DNA of 64,000 bases, taken from positions 558,001 through 622,000 of the forward strand of contig AP026124.1 of the NCBI GenBank assembly GCA_030295235.1. Direction: 5' to 3'. Both the position numbers and the translations under genes were made by a program. This stretch comes from Fistulifera solaris (lineage: Eukaryota). Every line of letters starts with the position of its first letter. Position 1 is the first letter of the stretch. The notes beneath the pieces were generated by a model, which worked only from the letters and a program-made list of their open reading frames with translations, had not been told where the DNA came from and ran no database searches. Below are positions 1-11,473 of the stretch, in pieces.

Positions 1-396
1 GATGTAGAGGTTTCATCTCTTACGACGAATGCTCCGCTGTCCGTGGATAGAGTCTTGCCATCCGATGGATTGTCTTTGTTCATTTGATATAGCCTCAATA
101 CGCTATAATAGCAAGAACAAGAATGTTTGAAATTGCAAAGGCTTTCATTAACGTCGGAAGTCGATGCAAGGAGAAGCGACGAATAGTTTGAATGTGAGGA
201 GTGAGGAAGACCGTTCTCTCAAAAACGTCCGGTTGTTTTCGTTGCTCGTCGTTCGTCGTCATTGAGTATAGAGTACAAAAATATCAAAGAACAGAAGGTA
301 GAACACAAAGAACACAGACCAGCCCTTCTACAAAATAGGTCATACCAATTCAAAGTTTGGCAGTCACTTTTTCAGAAGGTGTCGAGGTGCGGTGTG

Positions 397-404
397 TGAC
401 GTCA
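397..404. promoter_or_regulatory. Palindromic CRE/bZIP-type site TGACGTCA
   Basis: Perfect TGACGTCA palindrome in intergenic DNA; function not testable from sequence. Confidence 0.25.
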
Positions 405-720
405 TAAAACGTGTCTAATCTGAACATTAATATCGACAGTACATGGTTCTTTGTTTCTTCTTTCTTCGGTTCTGGTCTTCTGTCATCGTTCTTCATTCTT
501 CATTTTTCAACTGTTGACTCTATACTGTATACTGTCCGATGTCCACTATGTCCGTTGTTCCGATAATCGATGATCGACTTTTCCGCGGTTTAGTTCAGAA
601 ATTGCCGAGCGACTAGCGACGGAAGAAAATAGTGGTCAGGTGACTTTTGGGATCGTTGCACTTCATTTTTCACCGTCCCCGTCCCGTTTTCTCCCAACGT
701 CCCTATCATTTTTTAAAAAG

Positions 721-892
721 TAGTGGCACTGCTTGACCCTAAAGGCGCGTTCACGAGCCCGGGTATTGCTAGCCTACGAAGCCAACTATCAAGGCTTCGT
801 TGAGATTACCTAACCTTGGGTTGGCGGAGTGGCGCTCGATTACGGTGAACGATGAAGGTTTTCCCTTGAGTAATCCGCTAAGTTGATTCAAC
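721..892 (+). ncRNA. Putative structured non-coding RNA/element of unknown family
   Basis: Nested complementary segments found by eye: 721-726/875-880, 730-736/866-872, 748-754/845-851, 755-758/834-837, 768-775/818-825, 776-783/793-800; G-U pairs favour the + strand. Confidence 0.35.
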
Positions 893-1023
893 CTTAAAAA
901 TTGACTCCCATGTCCTTTCGCTTCCCGTCTTTGTTCCACAAAAAGACAATGACCACGGTATGAAAGCAAGCCTTGAGAAATTCGCAAGGTTTCTTTTTAT
1001 CTTTATAGAGCTGAAGATCTTAC

Positions 1024-3651
1024 TTATTTCGATACTTTGTACGCAGACACCAGCGTACTCACAAGCGACTTATCTTCAGGAGCTGCGGTGCGTTCACAAG
1101 CTAAAAGCATTGCACGGAATAGCTCTTGGTTTGACTCCGTGAAGTAAGTCGATCTTACCGCGTCGATGCACTTGGGAGTTTTCAGAAATAATCCGAAGCA
1201 GCGAACAAATTCCGAAGAAACAGGTGGTCTAGCACACTCGAGTACTCCACTGACAAAGTAACGAATGAGAGATGCATCCAAATCAGACGATCCGTGCTGC
1301 TCCATCTTTTGGGATAATTTTCCAAGTACATCCGGTATCTCGCCTTCCAGGAGTAGCATGATGAGGAGCCGGATACTTTGTTCCTTGATTGTAGTTACCT
1401 TTTGGTAAGAAATGTCTTGATTTGAATGTCCCAGAAAATTGACAGCAACTTCTATGACCCGCTTTCGTGTGAATGGATGCTTCATACTGATAGTGCGCAG
1501 TAGTGAGAGAATGCTTACAGAAATCGTCGGGAACGCGGGAGAGCTTGCAAAATCTGTACCGTGGGTAAATGCCTCGGCCCAAATGACAACGCCCTGGGCA
1601 ATCGCAGCGCAGTTTAAGGCTAGCGAGCACAGCTTTTCGCCAGGTGATGTTCCAGTCTTTGTCTCGTCCAAAAGCATCAGAAAGGAAACCATAGTTTCTA
1701 GCTGTTCACAAAGCTGACTCGCCTGTACTATCATCCTTGTGAGAGCTACTTCGTCCGAATAATAGTCAGCCATATTTCCATCTTCTCCTGTGGTCTTTTC
1801 GGCAGCTAGGACAGCAAATGCTAATAACCTTGCGCACTTGTTGCGGAGAACTGGAGCGACGACTCGCGTTGAGCCTGGCTTGAATAAGTGTTCCAACAAG
1901 GCTTTGATTGCGACAGGGTGTTCGACGAAAAGCCTTCCAGTATCCGCGAAGGATGTGATATCGATGCCGCTGGGAAGAAGAGAATCCAGGACTGCATCAT
2001 CTAATTGCATTCCAACAGAGTGTCGGCGGAGAAACGATAACAAAGCGGTCTCGAGTTGTTTTCTCGTCCCGTTGCCGTTCACTACATTTTTCTCATTGGA
2101 TGTCGGATCATTCTTCAGACGTCTCCTTTCGCTCTGGTGCAGTTCGCTCATGGTCAACGCAACATCCAGTCTTCGCTTTCGAAACAAATGCGAAGTCCCA
2201 CTGGCATTCGATGGCGTCGAGGGGTCGATCATTGAGTTTTCAAGGCTTTGCGAAAGGGCACGCCATTTCCGAATAGCTCTGTTAAGTCGGGAGCCTTTGT
2301 TATTTTCGGCAACCTCCAGCGCCCGAGTTTCCAGATGACGTAACATTTCCATCGAATACAAATAGGTGTACGAAGTAGAACAACACGCTCTCACCAAATC
2401 GTCAACCAGATCGTCTAGCTCCACGGCCGACGAAATGTCGCTTTCGGCTGACACTGATACATTCCCAATAAGTATGAGCTCAGACTGTAGCATAGCATTG
2501 AAAACTGCAAAATGATCGGATTGGTTCACCCGCTTTACAATTTCCCGATGGTGGCCGCGCTTTGATATAGCCTGTAAGCAATAAATGAGAACAGCACTGT
2601 CCTTATGAACGGCGGAGAGATCAATGAGCAGCTTCCGCCATCGAGATGAGTCCATCATTTCTTCCAAAAAAGCAGCTTCTGCTTTTGAAAGGTTCAAGAT
2701 TCGATCACCTGTTTCTTTCGAGAAACATTCCTTTACAAATCGGCTAATTACACCTTGAGTAATTTCTCGTACTGCATCCGTTGACTCTTGTGATGGACCA
2801 TCCTTAGGTGTACCAGCAGATGATGTAGCAGCCGTACGAAAATCAGCAAGCCAACGTCCCAGAAGCCCACAAATAGCCGTCTGACCGTGATAATTATCAA
2901 TGAGCGACGCGATCGCCTTCTGAGGCTGCCCACCTTCACTTCGTACAACTTCCGCCACGTTTTTGATACAACAAGGCTCTAGAATGGAATCGGTTTGATT
3001 CAAGGCTGCTTCCGCTTCCTGAACACGCAGTACTTCCGGGTCTACCCATTCTTCGGGGCTTTCTTGTTTCCTCGTCTCGAAAGTCTCTTCTCTGGGCGAT
3101 CTATGACGCTCTCCATCGCCTTCCATTTCGACTTGCATAGATTCCCCATCGGCGTCGTTGAGGTCACGACTAAGGTCTACATTGTTCGCCGATACATCGA
3201 CAGCTTCCGTTCCAGCTGTCTCCTCATCAACTTCCAGATCTTCGGCGGACACGACATGTTCGTCCGGTTTTTCCCATTGAGTTTCCCCTGTTGATGAGTT
3301 GTAATAGTATTCGCGTCCTTCTTCGTCTTTGTATGCAATCCATTGTGAGACGACCTCTTCGGTGGGTTTTTCTGCTGCATTGTCACCGGCTTCTTGCTGA
3401 TTACGGGTTGCTTCAGCTTGCTGGGCATCCGGATTCGCTTGGTCGGTATTGACATCATCCGCCGTAGCAACCTCAGTTTCCTCCCCCTCGACTATTTCCG
3501 GTGGATTGAACTTCTCATCTTCCGGTGGATCCCATGAGCTTTCTTCGGTGACGCTGTTGTAATAATAAAGTCGGCCTTCTTCGTCAAAGTAGGCTGACCA
3601 ATCATGCTTAGCGCTTTCTATTTGTGCTGTTTGTTCTGTTTGTTCGGACAT
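1024..3651 (-). CDS. NELFCD: Negative elongation factor C/D (TH1)-like protein with two N-terminal WW domains
   Basis: Two WW motifs (WSAYFDEEGRLYYYNSVTEESSWDPP; WIAYKDEEGREYYYNSSTGETQWEKP), then DSILEP...GGQPQKAIASLIDNYHGQTAICGLLGRWL resembling the TH1 N-terminus; single long ORF, first ATG at 3651. Confidence 0.8.
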   Translation of the reverse strand: MSEQTEQTAQIESAKHDWSAYFDEEGRLYYYNSVTEESSWDPPEDEKFNPPEIVEGEETEVATADDVNTDQANPDAQQAEATRNQQEAGDNAAEKPTEEVVSQWIAYKDEEGREYYYNSSTGETQWEKPDEHVVSAEDLEVDEETAGTEAVDVSANNVDLSRDLNDADGESMQVEMEGDGERHRSPREETFETRKQESPEEWVDPEVLRVQEAEAALNQTDSILEPCCIKNVAEVVRSEGGQPQKAIASLIDNYHGQTAICGLLGRWLADFRTAATSSAGTPKDGPSQESTDAVREITQGVISRFVKECFSKETGDRILNLSKAEAAFLEEMMDSSRWRKLLIDLSAVHKDSAVLIYCLQAISKRGHHREIVKRVNQSDHFAVFNAMLQSELILIGNVSVSAESDISSAVELDDLVDDLVRACCSTSYTYLYSMEMLRHLETRALEVAENNKGSRLNRAIRKWRALSQSLENSMIDPSTPSNASGTSHLFRKRRLDVALTMSELHQSERRRLKNDPTSNEKNVVNGNGTRKQLETALLSFLRRHSVGMQLDDAVLDSLLPSGIDITSFADTGRLFVEHPVAIKALLEHLFKPGSTRVVAPVLRNKCARLLAFAVLAAEKTTGEDGNMADYYSDEVALTRMIVQASQLCEQLETMVSFLMLLDETKTGTSPGEKLCSLALNCAAIAQGVVIWAEAFTHGTDFASSPAFPTISVSILSLLRTISMKHPFTRKRVIEVAVNFLGHSNQDISYQKVTTIKEQSIRLLIMLLLEGEIPDVLGKLSQKMEQHGSSDLDASLIRYFVSGVLECARPPVSSEFVRCFGLFLKTPKCIDAVRSTYFTESNQELFRAMLLACERTAAPEDKSLVSTLVSAYKVSK

Positions 3652-4178
3652 TGCATTCGGTGTATCCAAAGGAATGCAACTCAGCGATTGCTAATTTATT
3701 ACTAAGATATTTTCAGGTTTAGGATGGTGATGATTACAAGGGATGAATACTATTGCTCTAGGTCCTAGAGGTCAACGTTTACCAAATGCATTGCGATTTG
3801 CTATGGCGATGTGATGCCTTTCGGAGAACTTTTTATTTCTTTCTCATGTCGTACTGCTACCACGAACATAAAGCAAACTTACTCTGTGACAGAGATGTTG
3901 TTTCACTCTGACCTTCTTTCGTCGCCGCATTTCTCCCACCACTCCGCTGAGGATCGCATCATCTCTAGAAAAAATAACACGGCAAGCATCGTCGGCCTTT
4001 CTCGACACGAAAGTCAAGTTGAATTCTTGTTAAAGCGATCCAGCATAAATTGAGTCCGTTTTCACACTTTCACTACAAAGACACTTTCTACTCTCCTTTC
4101 ATCAGAACGGACACGGGTGACGGTCGGCAACTATTGAAGAGAGGCAGCACAAGGCATTCGACATTCAGGGTCGCTCCC

Positions 4179-7100
4179 ATGACTTCGTATGGCAGTATCC
4201 AAGGAAATATGTCGCCGTCGAACACCGACCCTCACGAAACAACTCCTCTCGTGAATGGTAGAAGCGACAGCAACATTGAACACGTGTCGACAAAGGGTGG
4301 TTACTGGTCAAAACTTACCTTTCACTGGTTTACGCCAGTTTTGTATCGAGGAAACGAAAAACTCAAACTCGATCAAGACGATCTTGCCCTCGTGCCTTTG
4401 TTAAATGACTGCGAGACCGACTATGTTACTACTACCTTCGATAAGTATTGGGAGGAAGAGCTACAGAAAGAGTGTCCTTCCTTGGTAAACGCTTTAGTCC
4501 GGTCGTTTGGTGCGGAATATCTAGAGGGTGCGGCCTTGAAACTCGTGCATGATCTATGCTTGTTTGTGGGGCCACAAGTTCTCCACAGCATGATTGTATT
4601 TCTTAGAGATCCCGATGCACCACTCTTATGGGGTTTGTGGCTCATTTTTGCTGTGACGATCAGTCAGTTGGCCATGAGCATTTGTCTCCGGCATTACTTT
4701 TATAAGGTAAGTGATTTACGATAGCCCCTATCTCTTTAAGCAGTTACAATGTGGAACATCTCACTGCTCTCCTCAAGTGCTACACAACTGGACTGCGAAC
4801 TCGAACGGCAATTGTCATGGCAGTGTATCGAAAAGCTCTACTTTTAAGTCCGGAAGAAAGACAAAGTCGTAGCATGGGTGAGATTACAAATCTTGCCTCG
4901 ATCGATGCACAGCGCTTACAAGGTACGAAACGAACTTCTTTGTTATATTGTTGATCCGATTGTTTCTTACCGCCATTAATACTACGAATAGACTTGACAA
5001 CGTATTTGAATGCTGTTTGGTCGAGTCCTCTCCAAATTGGCCTCGCTCTTTTCTTTCTGTGGAGGCAACTGGGTCCGAGCTCGTTGGGAGGCGTATCCGT
5101 CATTATTATTATGATCCCAGTAACAAAGTATATAGCGACTTGGATGGGCACTATGCAAGCAAACCTGATGAAAGCAAAAGACGAAAGAGTCGAGCTGAAT
5201 GCAGAAGTGTTGGGCGGAATGAAAGTCATCAAGTTTCAAGCCTGGGAAGAGTCGTTTCAAAAGAGAATACAAACGCTTCGTGAAGCGGAGCTAGCGCAAC
5301 TGCTGCGATATTTTTTGGGGACCTCATTTTCTCGCATGTTATGGGTATTCACACCGCTTTTGGTTGCCCTTGCGACCTTTTCTGCCTACGTTTGGAGCGG
5401 TCATAAACTCGACGTAGCTTCAGCGCTGACAGCTTTATCTCTTTTCGATCTTCTTCGATTTCCACTATTTATGCTGCCGCAAAGTAAGTTACTCCGAACT
5501 TAGTTCTCGCGTCTTCGATGTGCTTGTGTTCTCATATTCGTAATGACAGCCATCAATTCAATCATTGAAGCAGCGGTTTCAATTGATCGCCTTCGGGGCT
5601 TTTTCATTAGCGAAGAGCATCACGCAGTAGGACCGGGAAATTTGACAGAAAACGGAATCAACATTAATGGTGTTTCGGCTGTGTATGGCTCGAAAAACAC
5701 AGAAGGAGGGACTACCAGTCGAGCAGGGCGAAAGGACACATTGGAGAAGGATAAAGAAGTTGCTATTCTAAGGGCATTACTTTCAGACGCTGAGCAAGAA
5801 ATCCAGAAATTGCAAGGTGAACAACCCTTTTCGCGCCAAGAGCCAGTAATTGACCAGGCAGGCTCGTCGCTTTGTTTGCGAAGGGTGAATTTCAAAATCA
5901 ACCAAGGAGAAGTTATCGCCATTGTGGGCTCAGTTGGTAGTGGAAAAAGTTCGCTGATTAATAGCATTCTCGGCGAATTACGACTACTGACAGGCAAAAC
6001 TGAAGTAAAGGGAACCTTGGCGTATTTTTCTCAGACCCCTTTCATTATGAACGCATCCGTCCGCGATAACATATTGTTCGGTCACGTGAACGAGCCTCCC
6101 GACGAAGATCTCTATCAGCGCGCGCTCGATTGCTGTGCTTTGCGGCATGATCTGTCGTTATTACCCGATGGTGATCAGACTGAGATAGGTGAAAGAGGTA
6201 TTACGTTGTCGGGCGGGCAAAAAGCGAGGGTTGCTCTGGCGCGAGCTGTGTATCATAGAGCTGATATCACACTCGTTGACGATGCTCTTTCGGCTGTTGA
6301 TGCCCACGTGGCGAAGCACTTGTTTGATCGAGCTATTCTTGACGAGCTGATGCAGCCTACTATCCCAGGTAGTATGCGCAGTGTTGTCCTGGTTACCAAT
6401 GCTCTTCAATACTTGAATCATCCTAGAATCAACAAAATATACGTCATTGAAGAAGGTCGAATTGTGGAGGAAGGTTCTTATAGTTCATTGTCAAACAATC
6501 CAGATTCGGTTTTCGCCCGAATTTTATCGGTAATAAAAGATAACAAAGTGTCGAAAGACTTGTCAGAAACTGAAACCGATTCGAGTACGGAACCAAAGAA
6601 GACTCTAACTTCGACTCCAAGCGATAACGGGCATAATCTTACATCAAAGAAGACAAAGCCGTCTAAGCTGGTTTCCGAAGAGCTAAGAAAGACAGGGAAA
6701 ATTTCTACTGAGGCATATTTATCTTGGATACATGCATCGGGTGGCTTCATGATTGCCTTTTTCATTTTGGTTCTGTTCGCCGCGGGTGAGGGGGTGGGCT
6801 TTCTCTCAAATTGGTGGTTGACTTACTGGTCTCGACACGCAGATGAGGCGAGTCAGTTTAGTTTTCTTAGTACATATGCTATCATCAATCTATCTGCAGC
6901 TTTGGCAGGGGTTTTCCGCATGCTTTTTGTTGCTTTGGTCAGCCTGAAGGCCTCTCGTCATGTAAGATATATTTCGCTTTCATCTGTACTGATTGTCATT
7001 GCCGTTCGATTCTTATGTGGTTTCGTTGCAGTTGTTTGATGGTCTACTGAACGCGGTCCTCTTTGCGCCTATGTCATTTTTCGACACGACGCCTGTCGGA

Positions 7101-8764
7101 CGGTTGGTGAACCGATTTAGTAAAGGTACGTTGGAACCTGACTGACTAAGAGATTTATAAACTTTCAGAGAAGCCAGCACCTCATGATTCTTTCCAGATG
7201 TCTACACCATTGACGAGCAATTGGTCCAAACACTAAGAATGTACTTGCAGACTGTTTTTTCGATATTGAGTACATTTGTAGTCATATCAGGTGTTACTCC
7301 GACATTTCTTGTCGGTCTCGTCCCACTTTGTTTGTTTTACATATCTGAGCAGCGCTTTTTTTACGGTAAGTTTCAAAATACCTGTCCTTATAAATTTGGC
7401 GTTGTCATTTGTCTTACGCATATATATTCTTGTAGCTTACCTACCGCGAGATAAAACGGCTTGACTCTGTTCTTCGATCCCCGATATATGCTCTTCTGGG
7501 CGAAACAATAGATGGAGTTGCATGTATCCGAGCATTCTCAGCACAAAAATCACTGACAGATAGGCTCAAAGTTATGCTTGATGAACAGCAACATGCATAC
7601 TTTTTAACATGCACAGCGCAATCATGGCTGGCCGTCAGGTTGGAGCTAATCGGGACTTTGGTCATCACTTTCGCTACAACGAGTGCAGTTGTGGAACATG
7701 CTCTGTTTGGCGCAGATGAGACTTTTGCTGGATTGGCAGGACTGGCAATCTCGTACGCATTATCGGTCACGCAATCACTGAACTGGAGTGTTCGTATGGC
7801 CAGTGATCTCGAAGCTAATATGGTGGCCGTCGAGAGGGTGCAGGAATATTCCCAGATTCGTCACGAGGAGCTTCGCAATGCCGAACTGGACGAGAAACTC
7901 CCCCAAATTGGCCTGCGCACGGTGAAATTGTCTTCAAAGGAGCAAAGTTGCGTTACCGTCCCAACCTACCTTTAGTTCTCAAAGGCCTCGATTTACACAT
8001 ACCTTCGGGATCCAAGATTGGTGTTGTTGGGCGCACCGGTACGTTTTGATTTTCTCTTGAAAAATGCGTTTCCCCTCAAATCGACTTGAATTCTCATCGA
8101 CGTATATTCGGCTTCATTAGGGGCTGGAAAGTCGACGCTTATGGTGGCGCTAATGAGAATAGTTGAATTGGATGAAGGAAGTATTTCGATCGATGGTGTT
8201 GACATTCGACAGATTGGTCTAGGTAAATTGAGACGAAATGTTGCCGTTATACCCCAAGATCCTGTTCTATTTAGCGGAACAATCCGGAGCAACCTTGATC
8301 CATTCGACGAATTTAGCGATGAGCAGCTGCACACAGTTCTTGAAAGTGTTGGTCTCTACAAGAGAACCATGGAGGGATCTATGCACAGTTACTCATCGCT
8401 ACCGTTGGCTCGGGTTGATTCGATCGATGACACAGTAGTTGAAGGGGGTAATAACTATTCCGTTGGACAGCGGCAACTTGTAGTAATAGCCAGAGCGCTT
8501 CTCCAGGGAGCGAAGATAGTCATTATCGATGAAGCTACGGCAGCTGTTGATGCAGAGACGGACGCTGCAATTCAAAGAGTGCTGAGAGTGGAGTTTGCTA
8601 ACGCTACTTGTCTAACTGTCGCTCACAGATTGAACACGATCATGGACAGCGATTTTATTCTAGTCATGGACGATGGTAAACTTGCCGAGTTTGACAAGCC
8701 CGATGCTCTGGTGCGAAAGGGTGGCTTGTTTAGGGATCTTGTTAAAGCTGCTTCTCATGATTAA
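4179..8764 (+). CDS. ABC transporter subfamily C (MRP-like), multi-exon
   Basis: Two TMDs and two NBDs: [79 protein letters not shown]. Several short GT-AG introns and one apparent 1-nt frameshift near 7901-7907. Confidence 0.93.
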
Positions 8765-8996
8765 AAATAACATCTTGGCAATTTTCGTTTTCACGGCTAT
8801 ACTAGTAAATAATATCCGCCACTTCGTCACTACCAAACATCGGCATTGAGAAGACGAGATGATCCCTCGAGACGTTCCCTTGCAAACACTAAAGGTAGTA
8901 TCAGACGCGTTCCCCAAATCTCCAGAGCTTTCGCAGTCACATGAGGAGCTACGAAACAATTATATTTAGATCCGTTGTTCTATCATTAATTTGTCA

Positions 8997-10850
8997 TTAG
9001 GCGCTTTCAGCTTCGGAGTTCTTCATCTCGGTCAACTGTTTCTTATACTTTTGACTTCGCCGGAATAAAATCAGTGCAAAGATCACAAGAATCACGCAAA
9101 GCAGACCTAGCCCAATGCTCAAACCAGGTGTGAGCGAGTTTTGGCCTTTTGATTTTGCGTTAGGCAACTCTGGTTGAACAGGACAATTAATTAACATAGC
9201 CTTTTCGATATCATAGTCCCAGCGAGGTGTCAGCTCCACGTCGCAATATGGGGCATCCAATGGGAAAACATTGTCTACGGGGCGCTCAAGACCGCCCATC
9301 TCTGTTTCCAGAATTCGAACTTTATTGATCGCATGAATGATAGTCTTCCGCGTGGTTATATCATTGAGAGGAGTTTTTCCAGAGTTCAAAAGGAGCAGTA
9401 CATTTTGAACATCATTTGAGAAGAAGACCGACAAATTATTGGTCTCTTCGTTACTTTCGATCTCAATCAGATCTTGCGCATTCAAAACACCAGATCCCCA
9501 AACCACGTCCAATAATCCATCTAACAACGCTTTCTTTACCTGTTCTGCTGTGTCGTATCTCACAACAAGTAGCTCTTCCACTTGAGAGGCACCTCCCCAG
9601 TAATTATCATGTCGAACAAATAGAACTTCATCATCAACAACATCCCCATCGGCATTTGTGGAAGACGTTCGACTACGAAACATGAAGGGTCCCGTACCCG
9701 AAATATTCTTTATCCCTGCACAGATGATGGATGAATCATTCTCAAGAGAAGTAAAATCTACCCATCCAGCATGACACGAGTTACCTGTCACAGGATCTTT
9801 ATCAACAAATGCTGCAGGCGATAACATTCGAAGGGGCCGAATAAAAGAGAGCTCCTGAAGGAAAGGGTAGTACACTGACTTGGTAATTACTACAAATGTG
9901 GCGGAATCTTCGCAGCTCCATTCCAATATTTGTTGCGGTAGTCCATACCAACCATGGTAATCGGCAGATAGCAGCGGTTCAACTAAAACGTGATCGAAAT
10001 TGAGCTTGGCTGCTTCACAATTCCAGGGTATACCGCCATGAAATGTGACCCCTTTTCGCAATGAAAACGTGTATTTCTGCCCCCCATTCGTGTGTGGCTC
10101 GACGTTATACGATTGTGCCAAGGCGGGAAGAATCTGACCGTACTCTCCGTAACTCACAAGACCTTCGTAGATCCAGTTATTTGCAAAAAATTCGTTGGGG
10201 CGGTAGGTGTGAGGATCAAGACGACCGACCGACTGAAAAATTCCCGTTTGGGCTCCAGGTGAGATGCGAACAGTGGTCGATCCGGAGAGAACTTGCAATC
10301 GATGCAGAGGGTAGTCAAATTGCTGTAACCCGGCTTGGTAGCCCGTCAACCTGTTGTTCATAACAGTCGGCACGCGTTTGCCCCACAACGGCAGCATGAC
10401 AGCCTGTTGATGAAGAACATTGTGTATATCTTTCCACTTCGTTTCACGCTCCCGGTGGTCCGACTCCTGAAGTACGTCCTGAATCATGTCGAAGATCGCT
10501 TCTCTAGATGCTGGTGGCTCCAAGTTGGCCATTGCATGATAATGTCCTTCATCGCCGGTCATCCATCCCGACGCGAACGAATGGGGATCGTAGGGGGCGC
10601 CCCACGTTTCACTAAACGACAGATGGAAGTCACCGGTCTCGTGAGCTTTGTTAAAATCTTCCTTGGACAGAAATCGTGGAGTAACTGTTATGCCCAGTCG
10701 TTTCAAATCCATTCGAATGCCGTCCTCAATTGAGACCAGAGAAACGTCCCCTTCTACCATAATGAAGTCGATAGCATGTTTCTTGCAATCGGCGGGGCCC
10801 GTTTGTGCCAGCAACATGGTAGGCACGAGAACCAGAAGCAAAGCCAACAT
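8997..10850 (-). CDS. NikA/CntA-like family-5 solute-binding protein, circularly permuted, with signal peptide and C-terminal TM anchor (ZCRP-B-like)
   Basis: Motifs TWGAPYDPHSF, VGRLDPHTY, YEGLV, YYPFLQELSFIRPLRMLSP, GTGPF, NYWG resemble E. coli NikA; hydrophobic N-terminus; TM helix GLSIGLGLLCVILVIFALILF followed by a basic tail; intronless. Confidence 0.88.
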   Translation of the reverse strand: MLALLLVLVPTMLLAQTGPADCKKHAIDFIMVEGDVSLVSIEDGIRMDLKRLGITVTPRFLSKEDFNKAHETGDFHLSFSETWGAPYDPHSFASGWMTGDEGHYHAMANLEPPASREAIFDMIQDVLQESDHRERETKWKDIHNVLHQQAVMLPLWGKRVPTVMNNRLTGYQAGLQQFDYPLHRLQVLSGSTTVRISPGAQTGIFQSVGRLDPHTYRPNEFFANNWIYEGLVSYGEYGQILPALAQSYNVEPHTNGGQKYTFSLRKGVTFHGGIPWNCEAAKLNFDHVLVEPLLSADYHGWYGLPQQILEWSCEDSATFVVITKSVYYPFLQELSFIRPLRMLSPAAFVDKDPVTGNSCHAGWVDFTSLENDSSIICAGIKNISGTGPFMFRSRTSSTNADGDVVDDEVLFVRHDNYWGGASQVEELLVVRYDTAEQVKKALLDGLLDVVWGSGVLNAQDLIEIESNEETNNLSVFFSNDVQNVLLLLNSGKTPLNDITTRKTIIHAINKVRILETEMGGLERPVDNVFPLDAPYCDVELTPRWDYDIEKAMLINCPVQPELPNAKSKGQNSLTPGLSIGLGLLCVILVIFALILFRRSQKYKKQLTEMKNSEAESA

Positions 10851-11473
10851 CTTACACGGAAGATGAGATCGAATATACGAATCTCCTCCAATTTGAGAGA
10901 GGCATACATCTACCGTTTTCTAGAAAAATTTGTGAGACCAAGGCCAAATATCATCAAAACATCAAGGCCTACAGGCATTTTGATTAAGCCTCAAATGAAG
11001 CTCGGTCGACAAACTCGGTGCTTGCTGTCTAGAGTTTTGGCTCCGTCTTGTTGTGTTTCCTATTTTTTGTTGTTGACATTGAAAGGCCTTGGCATTAAGA
11101 AGCCTCTTTGTTTGATCGTTGATGCTTAACGGCTTCAGCTAAAATTGAATCGTTTCAACTCAATTGTGAAAATCATTCACTTGTGTCGAGGTAAAAGAAA
11201 GATGAGGCTTTGGGCCTTGTCGAAGGCAATTTAAAGCCTATGACGGGTGACCAGTGACCAGCGCTTATAGTCCCGAATCTGTTAGGCCCTTGAAATAGCC
11301 TTGTTTTTCGTCACTTTTTCGCACACGACGCGACAACACAAGTCGTCGTCGCTTTTGGTTGAAGGAAGGCTACCAGTACCATTGTTAAGTGGCTGTCGGC
11401 AGGAATATTCTATCTGGAAAAGTAATACTCCGTACCAGGCAATATTCTTTCCACCTAAAATTATGACTCGACC
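10851..11473. promoter_or_regulatory. Putative bidirectional promoter shared by the NikA-like and ferric reductase genes
   Basis: 623 bp between divergent ATGs (10850 and 11474), with about ten AAGGCC/AAGCCT/GGCCTT-like copies. Confidence 0.55.

Noticed and set aside
1..148. Possible 5' end of a minus-strand secreted-protein gene (MKAFAISNILVLAII...)
   Set aside because: Stop after 17 codons unless an indel is assumed, and truncated by the window edge; not supportable
721..892. Assignment to SRP RNA, 5S rRNA, U snRNA, tRNA-Sec or a cobalamin/TPP riboswitch
   Set aside because: Diagnostic conserved motifs of these families were not found by eye
8997..10850. Bacterial contamination or a nik operon
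   Set aside because: Has a eukaryote-type signal peptide and TM anchor, adjoins an intron-containing gene, and no nikBCDE genes are nearby
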